Positions 36,001 to 45,500 of a DNA stretch of 64,000 bases are shown one piece after another. The notes under the pieces were generated by a model, which worked only from the letters and a program-made list of their open reading frames with translations, was not told the origin of the DNA and did no database searches. A program made the position numbers and the translations under genes. How positions within the stretch are numbered: position 1 is the stretch's first letter; every line of letters starts with the position of its first letter. Location: positions 96,001-160,000 of the IMG/VR virus record IMGVR_UViG_3300033273_000282, one strand, 5' to 3'. This DNA is from a virus (Duplodnaviria > Caudoviricetes).

Positions 36001-39000
36001 TCTCCTTTTGAACACACCTCTTCTGGTAAACTTGATTTTGATAACAGAGACTTTACTGGTAACTATGTTGGTCTGCCTGGTCAGTCTGACACTACCATTC
36101 TGTCTTATGAATATTATCTCGGTAGAACTGATAAGATCTTCATCAACAAAGATAATAAAATCCAACTCGTCAAGGGTGAGCCTGCTGAGAATCCAGTAGA
36201 ACCCGCCGAGATTGAAGATGCCATGCTTTTGGCTACCATCTTCATGCGTCCATATGTCTTTGACATTGACAAAGATGTAGACATCACCCAGACAAACTAT
36301 AAGAGATATACCTTTAGAGACATTCAGCAACTTGAGACCAGAATTAAAACTCTGGAATACTATACTCAACTGTCTCTTCTTGAAACTGAAACCGCTACTC
36401 TTCAGATTAGAGATACCAACGGTCTGGATAGATTCAAGAATGGTTTCATTGTTGATAACTTTGCTTCTCTGGGAACTAGCGATACTTTCCACCCAGATTA
36501 TAGAGTCTCTATTGACTTTGAAGAAGGTCATCTGCGTCCTTCCCACTACACAACTAACGTCCCTCTGATCTTTAGCTCTAATTCCACCAACATTCAGCAG
36601 ACTGGTGATATTATCACCCTGCCATATACTGATGTTGTTTTGGTTGATCAGCCATTTGCTTCTGCTCTGGAGAATGTCAACCCATTCAACGTCTTTACTT
36701 TTGTGGGTGATATTAAACTTTATCCTGAGTCCGATGACTGGGTAGATACTAAGTCACTGGCTGCTCTTCAGGGTCCAACTGTTGAAGGTAACTACCAGAC
36801 TACTCTCCGTGATATGAGAGCGGATCAAAATGGTATTACTCCTATCCAGTGGGGTTCCTGGCAGACTACATGGTCTGGTCGTATCTGGTTTACACGTCAG
36901 GTCAGCACTGGTAAAGGTAAGAACCGTAGCACTAGAACTGAGAGATTCTCTAGAGTTAGAACTGATCAGACAAGAACTGGTGTACGTTATAGAATTACTC
37001 CTATTATTGAACAGCAGTCGCTGGGCAACAGAGTTGTTTCTGTTGAGCACATCCAGAACATGCGTTCTAGAAACATCGAGTTCAAAGCAGAGAAACTCAA
37101 GCCTAAGACTCGTTTCTATGCTTTCTTTGATGGTGTTTCCGTCAAATCTTATATCACACCCAAGATGCTTGAGGTGACAAAGAATCCTAATGATGACTCC
37201 GCAACAAACAGCATCCCATTCCAAGTCGGTGAGACTGTTAAAGGTCAAACTTCTGGTTGTACGCTCCGTATTCTGGAGCCAAATAATGAGTATAATGTCA
37301 ATCCATATACCAACCAGAACATCGCATCCGTCAGCGACTACACCGCAAACCTCGGTTGGATCAACCTCGACACTTCTTCTCTTGCCGCTCAAGCCCTTGG
37401 TGCTTACTCTGGTAACCCCATTGCTGGTGAAGTCCTGGTTGGACAGTCTTCAGGCGCAAGAGCCAAAGTTAAAGAAAGAAGACTTGTCACCGACAACGCA
37501 GGTTTCCTTAAGGGTACCTTCTTCATTCCAGATCCTAGCAAGTCTACCAATCCTAAGTTTAAGACTGGTACTCGTGTATTCCGTCTTTCGGATACTACGA
37601 ATGATTCGCAGGTAGTTGGTGAGTCTGAGTCCAGCGCACAGACAGAATACAGCGCAACTGGTATTCTCCAAACCACTCAGGAAACAATCATCTCTGTTCG
37701 TAATGCTAAACTTGACGAAGAGAGACTGACTCAAAACAGAACTCTGTGGTCTGACCCACTGGCTCAAACCTTCCTGATTCAGGACGATGAGCTTGAGGGT
37801 GGTGTATTCCTTACTAAGATCGATCTGTACTTCCAGCAAAAGGATTCTGAGATTCCCGTTGCTATTGACATTCGTACAGTGGAAAATGGTACTCCAACCC
37901 AAACTATTCTTCCTTTCTCTAAGGTAATTAAGAAAGCAGCAGACGTTGTTACATCTGCCGATGCTTCTGCTCCAACCACATTTACATTTGAATCTCCAGT
38001 ATTCATTCCTCACCAGCAGGAACATGCTATTGTCGTAACCTCTGACTCTAACCAGTTCAAGGTATTCATCTCGCTCCTGGGCGAAGATGCTATTGACGCA
38101 GCACACGCTGGTGAAAAGATCTCTGAACAACCTTATATTGGTGTACTGTTCAAGTCGCAGAACGCTTCTACTTGGACACCTTCCCAGTTTGAGGACTTGA
38201 TGTTCAAGATCTATAGAGCAGAATTCACTCTGCCTACTACACTGGCTCAGTCTCAAGTCTTCCTGAACAACGCTACTCTCGAAGAGAACAACGGTGGTTT
38301 CCTGCCACTGCTGCCAAACTCGATTGCTGTAACTGACAATCAAGCATACATTGATGTTTTCCACAGCAATCACGGAATGCAAAGTAATGCCAACTATGTG
38401 ATTATAAGTGGTGTTATTTCCGAAGTTGGCAATACTGCCACAACTAGCGCAGTATCAGCAACTGCCTCCCAGATTATTGTTTCTGACGCTTCGCTATTCC
38501 ACCGCTGTATCGGCGGCAATGCCACTCAAGCCGCTTCTCTGACCGCTTCCAACACTGGTCCTGGTAACGCCGCTCCTGCGGTCTCTGACACCAATCCTGG
38601 ATTCATCAAGATCGATGACGAGATCATTGCTTATGAGTACATTAACAATGGTTCCCCCAACTGGGTTATCAACGTTCTGGGTCACAACTCTGGTACCGTC
38701 TCTGGTAGAAACTGGGATCCATCCTCTAACTCTGGCGGTGCTTCTGGTTCTGCTCATGATAATGGTGCTACTGTTGAGTGCTACAACCTTGCTGGTATTC
38801 CTCTTACCAAGATCAATGGTACCCACCACACCACAACCTTTGGTGGTCTCAGCACACTCAATAGTCCCCATAAGTACAGACTGAACATCACTGGATTCAA
38901 GTCCCACAAGACTATCAACGCTGGTGGTGAAAATATCCTGGCTTCCCAGAACGTTCCCTGGGATGTTCTGACACCTCAGATCCAGACCCAAATTCAGCCT

Positions 39001-39690
39001 GGTTGTTCTATCGCTGCTAGAGCAAGAGCTACTAGCGGTACCTCCTGTGGTCCTTTCCCATCAGGAGTCACCCCTGAGACTTCTTTCCAAGCAGATTCTA
39101 CTTGGAGAGAAATTACTCTTAACGATATTAACTACTTCCTGTCCCATAAGATTATTGCTTCCAAGCAGAACGAAATCAGCAACATGTCTGGTGGTAAGTC
39201 TCTAACTCTGGAACTGAACTTCTTCTCTGATGTAAGCCATCTGTCGCCTGTTCTTGACACCCAACGTATGAGTGTCACTACGACTGCTAACCTCATCAAC
39301 TACGCTACACCTAGTCAGGGTATCGGTGATGAGAACGCCGCTATATACATCACGAGACTTGCTAGATTGGAAAATTCGTCTACAGGCGTTAAGGTTGCTT
39401 TGTCTGCTAATACATTCGAGTTCTCAGACATCGTTGCTATGTACAAACTCGTTCCTGCTGGTTACACTGGCGATCCCGACGATATCAACTTTGAATTCTT
39501 CAATACTGATGGTCGTCCTGATAGCGGAAAGATGGTTCCTCAAAACGATCCATTTGTCTGGAATGATTACGAGTATACCCTGAATGACGCGGCTGCTTTC
39601 GATGGATTCCAACTGAAGTTGGTACTGAGAAACTATAATCAGCCATACATTCCAAGAGTTAAGGATCTTAGAATCATCGCTCTGGCATAA
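33010..39690 (+). CDS. vrlC: VrlC-like (DUF4815-type) large virion structural protein
   Basis: MAQNTNLNISPYFDDFD...VLFKPGYPVQARELTTLQSLLQNQI; DRFKNGFIVDNF; DPLAQTF; PRVKDLRIIALA. Confidence 0.85.
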   Translation: MAQNTNLNISPYFDDFDEDKGFLKVLFKPGYPVQARELTTLQSLLQNQINSFGQGIYREGSMVVPGGITLNKQYPVVLVQNNYLNLPVELYRESLNNKVIKGSNSNIRARVNFSISATESDRGYVSFYLTYLTKADDNTTSVFQAGEVLTCEEDITYSTSTIVAGTPLAQLLNSNSTAIASTANIGRGVYFVRGYFVTVPEQTIVLDQYSNNPSYKVGLKVEERIITADEDASLYDNAIGSTNFSAPGADRFKINLTLIKKELKDPNSADFIELLRTNEGKLESKVERSDLSYINDILALRTKEESGDYYVKRFSIDVRENLNDAFNNGVYEADATTQDGNEPSESKMAVQISPGTAYISGYRTEKLSNTFKDSDKPRTFTAADSQSFASDFGNYVLIDDLYGGVELYDTIELRDRIVTTNGTAAGNVIGLTRVLGFSFDSGVRDSTSTIYRVNISDTTLFTTLTMSGAVTWVQGTKIVGVNSGASGFVRTNGSNSTCTVYGITGNFVSGEAVRYENATSNLGTISSVYGYQFSDIRSMSLSGTFTANILLDVQATLAANGPVLSGVSGGNATVTASLSNFTAQLRIGDIIRFSNNNQQHVARVTAVTNNSSFTITREGSTTLANGAVTSPITLTRPQIQFATKRALITPIPKAAVKSTSTNSQGASVTPLGYFRKSYVIPSSEITSGSFSLSAGSNLVFRAAQDADDFQIIVTSVSSGSGVLGNTYTYPNFTTSTGSNSASVSVSGLPTTVNGCIVIATVYSSNRSAKSKTTERMKVALINRSSQGAVNGLTSYTAGYGTRVQDRTISLGCPDVFKVKAIYESKDSQDPVIPHFAYTNLVGSYEINQILTGASSGAKAQIVSFDSNYVYFVMLTDTLFDNAEIITTPTTTARIVANSIQEGSSNVTSAFDLDNGQREQYYDYSRIVRKSGYSPVSHKLLVIFDRFVTTGGDGFYTVDSYSSDVYKEIPEFELFSLRNVLDFRPMVPSQISGSGTRLSPFEHTSSGKLDFDNRDFTGNYVGLPGQSDTTILSYEYYLGRTDKIFINKDNKIQLVKGEPAENPVEPAEIEDAMLLATIFMRPYVFDIDKDVDITQTNYKRYTFRDIQQLETRIKTLEYYTQLSLLETETATLQIRDTNGLDRFKNGFIVDNFASLGTSDTFHPDYRVSIDFEEGHLRPSHYTTNVPLIFSSNSTNIQQTGDIITLPYTDVVLVDQPFASALENVNPFNVFTFVGDIKLYPESDDWVDTKSLAALQGPTVEGNYQTTLRDMRADQNGITPIQWGSWQTTWSGRIWFTRQVSTGKGKNRSTRTERFSRVRTDQTRTGVRYRITPIIEQQSLGNRVVSVEHIQNMRSRNIEFKAEKLKPKTRFYAFFDGVSVKSYITPKMLEVTKNPNDDSATNSIPFQVGETVKGQTSGCTLRILEPNNEYNVNPYTNQNIASVSDYTANLGWINLDTSSLAAQALGAYSGNPIAGEVLVGQSSGARAKVKERRLVTDNAGFLKGTFFIPDPSKSTNPKFKTGTRVFRLSDTTNDSQVVGESESSAQTEYSATGILQTTQETIISVRNAKLDEERLTQNRTLWSDPLAQTFLIQDDELEGGVFLTKIDLYFQQKDSEIPVAIDIRTVENGTPTQTILPFSKVIKKAADVVTSADASAPTTFTFESPVFIPHQQEHAIVVTSDSNQFKVFISLLGEDAIDAAHAGEKISEQPYIGVLFKSQNASTWTPSQFEDLMFKIYRAEFTLPTTLAQSQVFLNNATLEENNGGFLPLLPNSIAVTDNQAYIDVFHSNHGMQSNANYVIISGVISEVGNTATTSAVSATASQIIVSDASLFHRCIGGNATQAASLTASNTGPGNAAPAVSDTNPGFIKIDDEIIAYEYINNGSPNWVINVLGHNSGTVSGRNWDPSSNSGGASGSAHDNGATVECYNLAGIPLTKINGTHHTTTFGGLSTLNSPHKYRLNITGFKSHKTINAGGENILASQNVPWDVLTPQIQTQIQPGCSIAARARATSGTSCGPFPSGVTPETSFQADSTWREITLNDINYFLSHKIIASKQNEISNMSGGKSLTLELNFFSDVSHLSPVLDTQRMSVTTTANLINYATPSQGIGDENAAIYITRLARLENSSTGVKVALSANTFEFSDIVAMYKLVPAGYTGDPDDINFEFFNTDGRPDSGKMVPQNDPFVWNDYEYTLNDAAAFDGFQLKLVLRNYNQPYIPRVKDLRIIALA

Positions 39691-40004
39691 TGGATTTTGA
39701 TAAAATTGAGGATATAGTTCGGAAGCGAGAACAAGAAGTTCTCGCTCGTCGTGATCAATCTGAGTATGAAAAAAATAGAGACATCAGAAGAGAACTTGGT
39801 CTGATGAAAGTTGAGGGTCATGAGCATCTTGGTCGTGACCCTAAAACTAATGCGATCGTAAACACTGACAAGAGTGGATACAAAGCCTACATTGAAGCAA
39901 GAGATAAGAACAAACTTAAACTCACTGAAACTCAAGAACTGAAGAACGAGATTAACGAACTGAAGGAAATGCTCAAACTTCTAGTCGAGAAGAACGATAA
40001 ATAA
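39690..40004 (+). CDS. Conserved hypothetical protein with coiled-coil C-terminus
   Basis: KVEGHEHLGRDPKTNAIVNTD...ELKNEINELKEMLKLL. Confidence 0.75.
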   Translation: MDFDKIEDIVRKREQEVLARRDQSEYEKNRDIRRELGLMKVEGHEHLGRDPKTNAIVNTDKSGYKAYIEARDKNKLKLTETQELKNEINELKEMLKLLVEKNDK

Positions 40005-40012
40005 GAGTGAGC

Positions 40013-40018
40013 TAAATA
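40013..40018 (+). promoter_or_regulatory. Late promoter core TAAATA
   Basis: Intergenic, 21 nt before ATG 40040. Confidence 0.65.
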
Positions 40019-40039
40019 CTAAAGAGAATATCTTAGCGA

Positions 40040-40378
40040 ATGGCATCTGCTGTATCCAACTTATTGATCTATCAGGGTGCTGATTTCACCATCGACTTTT
40101 CTGTCGAAAATGATAATGGCACTGAGTTCAATTTGTCAGGCTACTCTGCGGCATGTAAAATCAAGAAGCACTATACAAGTTCTTCCTCTGTAACTGTTAC
40201 TGCCGCGATTATTTCACCAGAGACGGCAGGACGTATTCAACTTTCGCTTAATAACTCGCAGACGGCAGCAATGAAGTCTGGTCGTTATGTTTATGATGTT
40301 GTTATCACTGCACCATCTGGTCTAAAAACTAGAGTGCTTGAGGGTACTGTTAGTGTTCTGGAGGGCGTTACACTCTAA
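40040..40378 (+). CDS. Virion structural protein (Ig-like, BppU-N-like)
   Basis: NLLIYQGADF...LSGYSA...G.IQLSL...T..MKSGRYVYDVVI...RVLEGTVSV. Confidence 0.75.
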   Translation: MASAVSNLLIYQGADFTIDFSVENDNGTEFNLSGYSAACKIKKHYTSSSSVTVTAAIISPETAGRIQLSLNNSQTAAMKSGRYVYDVVITAPSGLKTRVLEGTVSVLEGVTL

Positions 40379-40599
40379 TGGCAAGATTAAGATTCGGAGA
40401 TCAGTCAGTTCCTAGAGTGACCCGTGTCGCCACTGGTGGTGGCGGCGGAACAATTGGCGCACTTGCGGACATTGACTTGACCGACACATCGTTGGGTGGC
40501 TTACAGGATGGCAGCTTGCTCGTTTATGACAGCAACTCAACTAAATTCATTCCTACTACGGTTCTGAACAACATCACAGTTAACGGGGGTACCTTTTAG
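40378..40599 (+). CDS. Small fibre-associated structural protein
   Basis: LADIDLTD..L.DGSLLVYD repeat typical of fibre proteins; ends in GGTF like the next gene. Confidence 0.7.
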   Translation: MARLRFGDQSVPRVTRVATGGGGGTIGALADIDLTDTSLGGLQDGSLLVYDSNSTKFIPTTVLNNITVNGGTF

Positions 40600-42287
40600 T
40601 GGCATCGGAAATTCTAATTAAAAGAAGTACAGGCACAGTTGCGCCTGGTACTATCAATTACGGTGAACTTGCCGTAACCGTCGGCTCAGGTACTCAAGGT
40701 AACCTGGGCGACCGTCTTTTTGTTGGTGATAATAACTCCGCTGCTCAGGTAGTTGGTGGTAAGTATTTCACCGACATGCTGGATCAGGTACATGGTACTC
40801 TGACCGCATCTAGTGCTGTAATCGTTGACAGCAATCTCAAAGTTGATCAATTCCTGGTTGACAACATTACCCTTGATGGTAATACAATTACCACCAACGT
40901 AACCGATAGTGATCTGATCCTCGGTGCTAACGGTGCTGGTAAAGTTGTCCTCCTGGATGGTCAGGAGATTGAGTTCGGTACATCTGGTGATATCGAACTG
41001 GCTTGGAACGACACCACTGGTGACGTAGAGATTCGCAGATCAGGCGGTAACGCTAATGCTGCTTTGTTGGTACAGGACGACATCCCCCTGAAGTTCGGTA
41101 GTAACAATGATGCTCGCGTTTACTACGATGAGGCGACTCTCGATAAACTGCGTTGGGCTGGCGCTGATCAAGAATTTGATCTTGGTGTCCAAGTAAAGTT
41201 TGCTGACAATACTGCTGCTACTTCTACAGCAACTGGCGCTGTCCAAGTTGTTGGTGGTGTGGGTGTTGGTGGTACAGTCTGGGCAAATGGTTTGGCTGTT
41301 GATGGTGATGCCACCATTGGTGATACCACTTCTGATAACCTGACTGTCAACTCTGCTACTACCTTTAACGGCAATGTTATCTTTAATGGTACTAGCACCG
41401 TTAGTGGTAACACCTCTCAGACTGGTTACATTGACATTGACCAACTGAGACTTGATGGTAACGCTCTGTCTACCACTTCTGGTACAGAACTGATCATTGA
41501 CCCCTTCCCCGCTGGCGGTGATGCTGAGGGTCTGGTTATCATCAAAGGTGACCTCCAGATCGACGGTACTACAACCACTGTTAACTCGGCTTCTATGTCG
41601 GTTAACGATCCTACTATCGAACTGGGTGATCCCACTACTGTCCTGACAGTAACTACTAATGCTCTGTCTGGTGCTACTACCCTTGAGGTAGATAAGGTAG
41701 ATGGTATTGCTATCAATGATACAATTTCTGGTACTGGCATTCCTGCTGCTACCACAATTAGCAACATCTCTTCTGCTGGTTCTCCAGTAGTTCACACTCT
41801 TACTTTGAGTGCTGCTCTCACCGCAAACTGTAATGCTGGTGAGCAACTGACAGTTGTAAGGGACACCAACGACGCTCTTGATCGTGGTGTTAAACTTCAC
41901 TACCATGATGGTAGTGCTGCCAAATTTGGCTTCTTTGGTTACGATCGCAGCGGTGGTGCTGACGGTCAGGGTGCTTGGACCTTCATCGAAGATGCTACCG
42001 ACGTTGGCACCGTATTCGGTGTAAATGGTCAACGCGGTACTGTTGTACTGGGCGACTTGGAACTCGATACTGATCTTGCTGTTCAGTATGGTGGTACTGG
42101 TGGTTCTACCTTTACTCAGTATGGTATTATCTACGGTAATGCCGCCAATCCTTTCCAAGTAACAGATGCTGCCAATATGGGAGCTCCTGGAACTGGTAGC
42201 GATGCTACTACCTCTTACCAAATCCTGACAGTGACCTCTGCTGGGATCCCCGTCTGGACTAACGTCCTAGATGGAGGAACTTTCTAG
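40599..42287 (+). CDS. Tail fibre protein, 562 aa
   Basis: ILIKRSTG..APG.INYGELAV N-terminal fibre attachment pattern; T/G-rich beta repeats; GTG start. Confidence 0.8.
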   Translation: MASEILIKRSTGTVAPGTINYGELAVTVGSGTQGNLGDRLFVGDNNSAAQVVGGKYFTDMLDQVHGTLTASSAVIVDSNLKVDQFLVDNITLDGNTITTNVTDSDLILGANGAGKVVLLDGQEIEFGTSGDIELAWNDTTGDVEIRRSGGNANAALLVQDDIPLKFGSNNDARVYYDEATLDKLRWAGADQEFDLGVQVKFADNTAATSTATGAVQVVGGVGVGGTVWANGLAVDGDATIGDTTSDNLTVNSATTFNGNVIFNGTSTVSGNTSQTGYIDIDQLRLDGNALSTTSGTELIIDPFPAGGDAEGLVIIKGDLQIDGTTTTVNSASMSVNDPTIELGDPTTVLTVTTNALSGATTLEVDKVDGIAINDTISGTGIPAATTISNISSAGSPVVHTLTLSAALTANCNAGEQLTVVRDTNDALDRGVKLHYHDGSAAKFGFFGYDRSGGADGQGAWTFIEDATDVGTVFGVNGQRGTVVLGDLELDTDLAVQYGGTGGSTFTQYGIIYGNAANPFQVTDAANMGAPGTGSDATTSYQILTVTSAGIPVWTNVLDGGTF

Positions 42288-42299
42288 ACCTAAATTAAC

Positions 42300-42509
42300 A
42301 TGGATGTAAACCTTATTATTTCTACATTACAACGTAAAGTTTCTGAGTTGACCTTGAGTAACATTATGTTGGAAGCGAAAATTCTCGATTTAACTAACCA
42401 GTTAAATAGTATCAACCAAGAAAAAAACTCACCAGAGAATGCTATAAATGGCAACGAGGATCAAACTCAAAAGCTCAGTAACAGCCAGCCAGGTTCCAAC
42501 GACTTCTGA
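42300..42509 (+). CDS. Small coiled-coil hypothetical protein
   Basis: LIISTLQRKVSELTLSNIMLEAKI heptad pattern. Confidence 0.65.
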   Translation: MDVNLIISTLQRKVSELTLSNIMLEAKILDLTNQLNSINQEKNSPENAINGNEDQTQKLSNSQPGSNDF

Positions 42510-45500
42510 CTTAGAAGATCGTGAAGTTGGCTTAAATATTACTGACAAAAAATTATACGTCAATAACAATGGTACGATTGAGGAGGTGGCTAACGCCGAA
42601 CCCAATCCTGCTAGTGTTACTACGGCGATGCTTGCCACGGACATTACTAATGGTCCTGGGGCAACTTGGTTTGTCGCTCAAAATGGTACTGATGTAACCA
42701 CCCTAGGTGGTGGTGGAGCAAACGGTAAACACCCTGATACTCCATTCCTAACTGTTGCTAAGGCTTTGAGCGTTGCTCAGCCTGGTGATTCTATTGAGAT
42801 TGCTGCTGGTTCATATGTAGAGACCTTTCCTCTTACCATTCCTGATGGGGTTCATGTTAGGGGTTCTGGTATTCGCCAAACAGAAATTAAACCATCTGGC
42901 GGCACAAATGATCTGAACGCATTCGTCCTTAACGGTGATGTCACTGTTGAGGATCTTACTATTCGTGACTTTTTCTACAACAGCACGAATGACACTGGTT
43001 ATGGTTTTGTATGTGCTAATAATTGGAACTCCGAGAGAAGCGCATACATTCAAAGAGTCACTATCCTCAACAAAGGTAGTGTAACTTCTGGCTCTGACCC
43101 ATATGGTTTCCAGCAAGGTGATGCTGGACGTGGTGCTAAGCTGGATGGTTCTATTGCTAACAGCGCTGGTATTGAAGCTGCTGTTCTTTTCAACGAATGT
43201 ACGTTCATCGTACCTAATTCCGTTGGTCTGTATCTGACTAATGGTATTCGTGTAGAGTGGCTTAACGGCTTCATCTACTTTGCTGATGAAGGTATTAAAG
43301 GTGTTCAGGGTGCCACTGGTGCGTTTGGTACTGGTAGAACACGTCTTAGACTTTCTGGTACCTCTGGTACATTTGCTGCTGGTGAAGAGATCTATCAACT
43401 GGAAGACCAATTCCAGTCTGGTACTTATTCGAGATCTGGTACCACAGTTACCATTACCAGAAATGCTCACGGTCTGGTAAATGGTGACCGTGTATACGCT
43501 GACTTTATTACTGGTACTGCTACTGACAATTTCTATGTCGTCGGTGGAGTTACCACAAATACATTTACTCTAACTGATAGCGCTTCTGGATCCACAAGCG
43601 GCAACGTAACTTATAAGAAAGCCGACGCTTACGGTTTAATTACTCTTAACGATGGTAGCTACATTTACCTGAGTGGTAAGGGTGAGGGTCAATTTACAAC
43701 CACCGTTGAGGGTGGTAAGACTGCTGTACCTAATGCTGATGCTCAGGCAGATAACTCTGTCAAGAAGTTTGGTACTGGATCTCTGTTACTTGATGGTACT
43801 GGCGACTACGTTAACTATGCTTCCGAAGCTGACTTTGGTTTCGGTACTGCTAACTTCTGCGTTGAGACTTGGATCTACGCAAACGCTCTTTCTGGCACTC
43901 AGACTCTGCTTGACTTTAGAGGATCTGCTGCCGACATTGCTCCAACTCTGAGACTTAATGGTGGAACCGTTGAGTACGCTGTTGGCGGCACAACTCAGAT
44001 TTCTGGTGGCTCTCTTACCACTGGTACCTGGGTACATATCGCCGTTGCTAGATTCAACGGATCTACAAAACTCTTTGTTGCTGGTAACCAAGTAGGTTCT
44101 ACCTATACCGATACTAACAACTATGGTGCTGAGAAAGGACTGAAGATTGGTGCTCAGTATGACAACAGCACTAATTATAATGGTCACCTTGATGAAATCA
44201 GAGTAAGTAAGGGTACTGCTCGTTTCACTGGTAATTTTACTCCATCTTCTGCTGAGTACGGAACTGACATCTTTACAGTTCTGCTGCTCCACTTCAATGC
44301 CAATGATGGCGCTACAATCTTCATAGACTCTGGTTCTGCCATTAAGGACATCCGTTCTAATGGTGGCGACTCGGCTACTGGCATTGCTCTGGTTGACTAC
44401 AACCAGTTTGGCGCTGAACTTAGATCGATTGCTTCGGCAAACGTTTATGGTAATAAGGGTGTTGTTGCTGATGGCAACGGTGTAAAACTCCTTCTTACTG
44501 CTCACAACTTTGCTTATATTGGTGCTGGACAAGACTTCACCAATGATGGTTCTCTCGCTGCTCAGAGCAACGAAGTAGAAGAACTGAATGGTGGTCGTGT
44601 CTTCTACTCCTCTACTGACCAGAAAGGTGACTTCCGTGTAGGTAACGTCTTCCTGGTTGACCAGGAAACTGGTAACGTTAATTTTAGTTCTACCTCTACC
44701 TCTCAGGAAGCCGCTAGCATCACCCTGTCTGATGTTACTGGTACTACAAATATCTTCCCAGCGTATATTGAAACTGGGAACCTGCGTCTTGCTGGCAACA
44801 CGGTCTCCACTACGAGTGGTGATATTATCTTTGATCCCGCTGGTAACCAGGACGTTATATACAATGCTGAAGTCGTCTTCACTGAAGGTGTCTACTACGA
44901 TCAACCAAAATCCGCTAACTTTAAGACTGATGTCCCTGGTAACTTAGGTTTCTATGAGGGTCAGAATCAAAGACGTGGTGGATTTAATGGTTACGGTGTA
45001 CAATCTGACACCAACTTCTACTTAACCAAAGAACAAGTCACTACAGTTACTGTAGATACTGAAGGTGATGGATACACTGGCGGCGCGGCAACAATTGATG
45101 CCGATACTAACCCTCCAGTAGTATGTACCGCTACCCTGACACTGGATCTTCAGGACGGTGCTCTCAAGGAGATCAACGTTACCGCAGGGGGTGACAACTA
45201 TGTCTCTGATCCTACGGTTGGGTTTAGTGCTCCACAAGATGCTGGTGGATCTACTCCTTCTGTTTCTGCTGTTCTTTTCAGCTATGGTGACGTTCAGGCA
45301 ATCACTGTAGATGATGGTGGTGCTGGTTATGCTGCTGCCCCAGGTCTTGTTATTGACGCTCCTGGTGGTATCTCTTTCGATACTGAATCGGACATTTCTG
45401 GAAATGCCATTCAGTCGGCTAACCACCCGATGCGAAATGGTGATCGCGTTGTTTATAGTCAGAATCAAGGTGCCGAAAATATCGGTCTTACCGATGGCAC

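Noticed and set aside
42419-42447. A-AAA-AAC slippery heptamer (42422-42428) in the 42300 ORF, which overlaps the next fibre gene
   Set aside because: The 42448 gene is in the +1 frame. A -1 shift leads to a stop about 17 codons later, so no fusion results.
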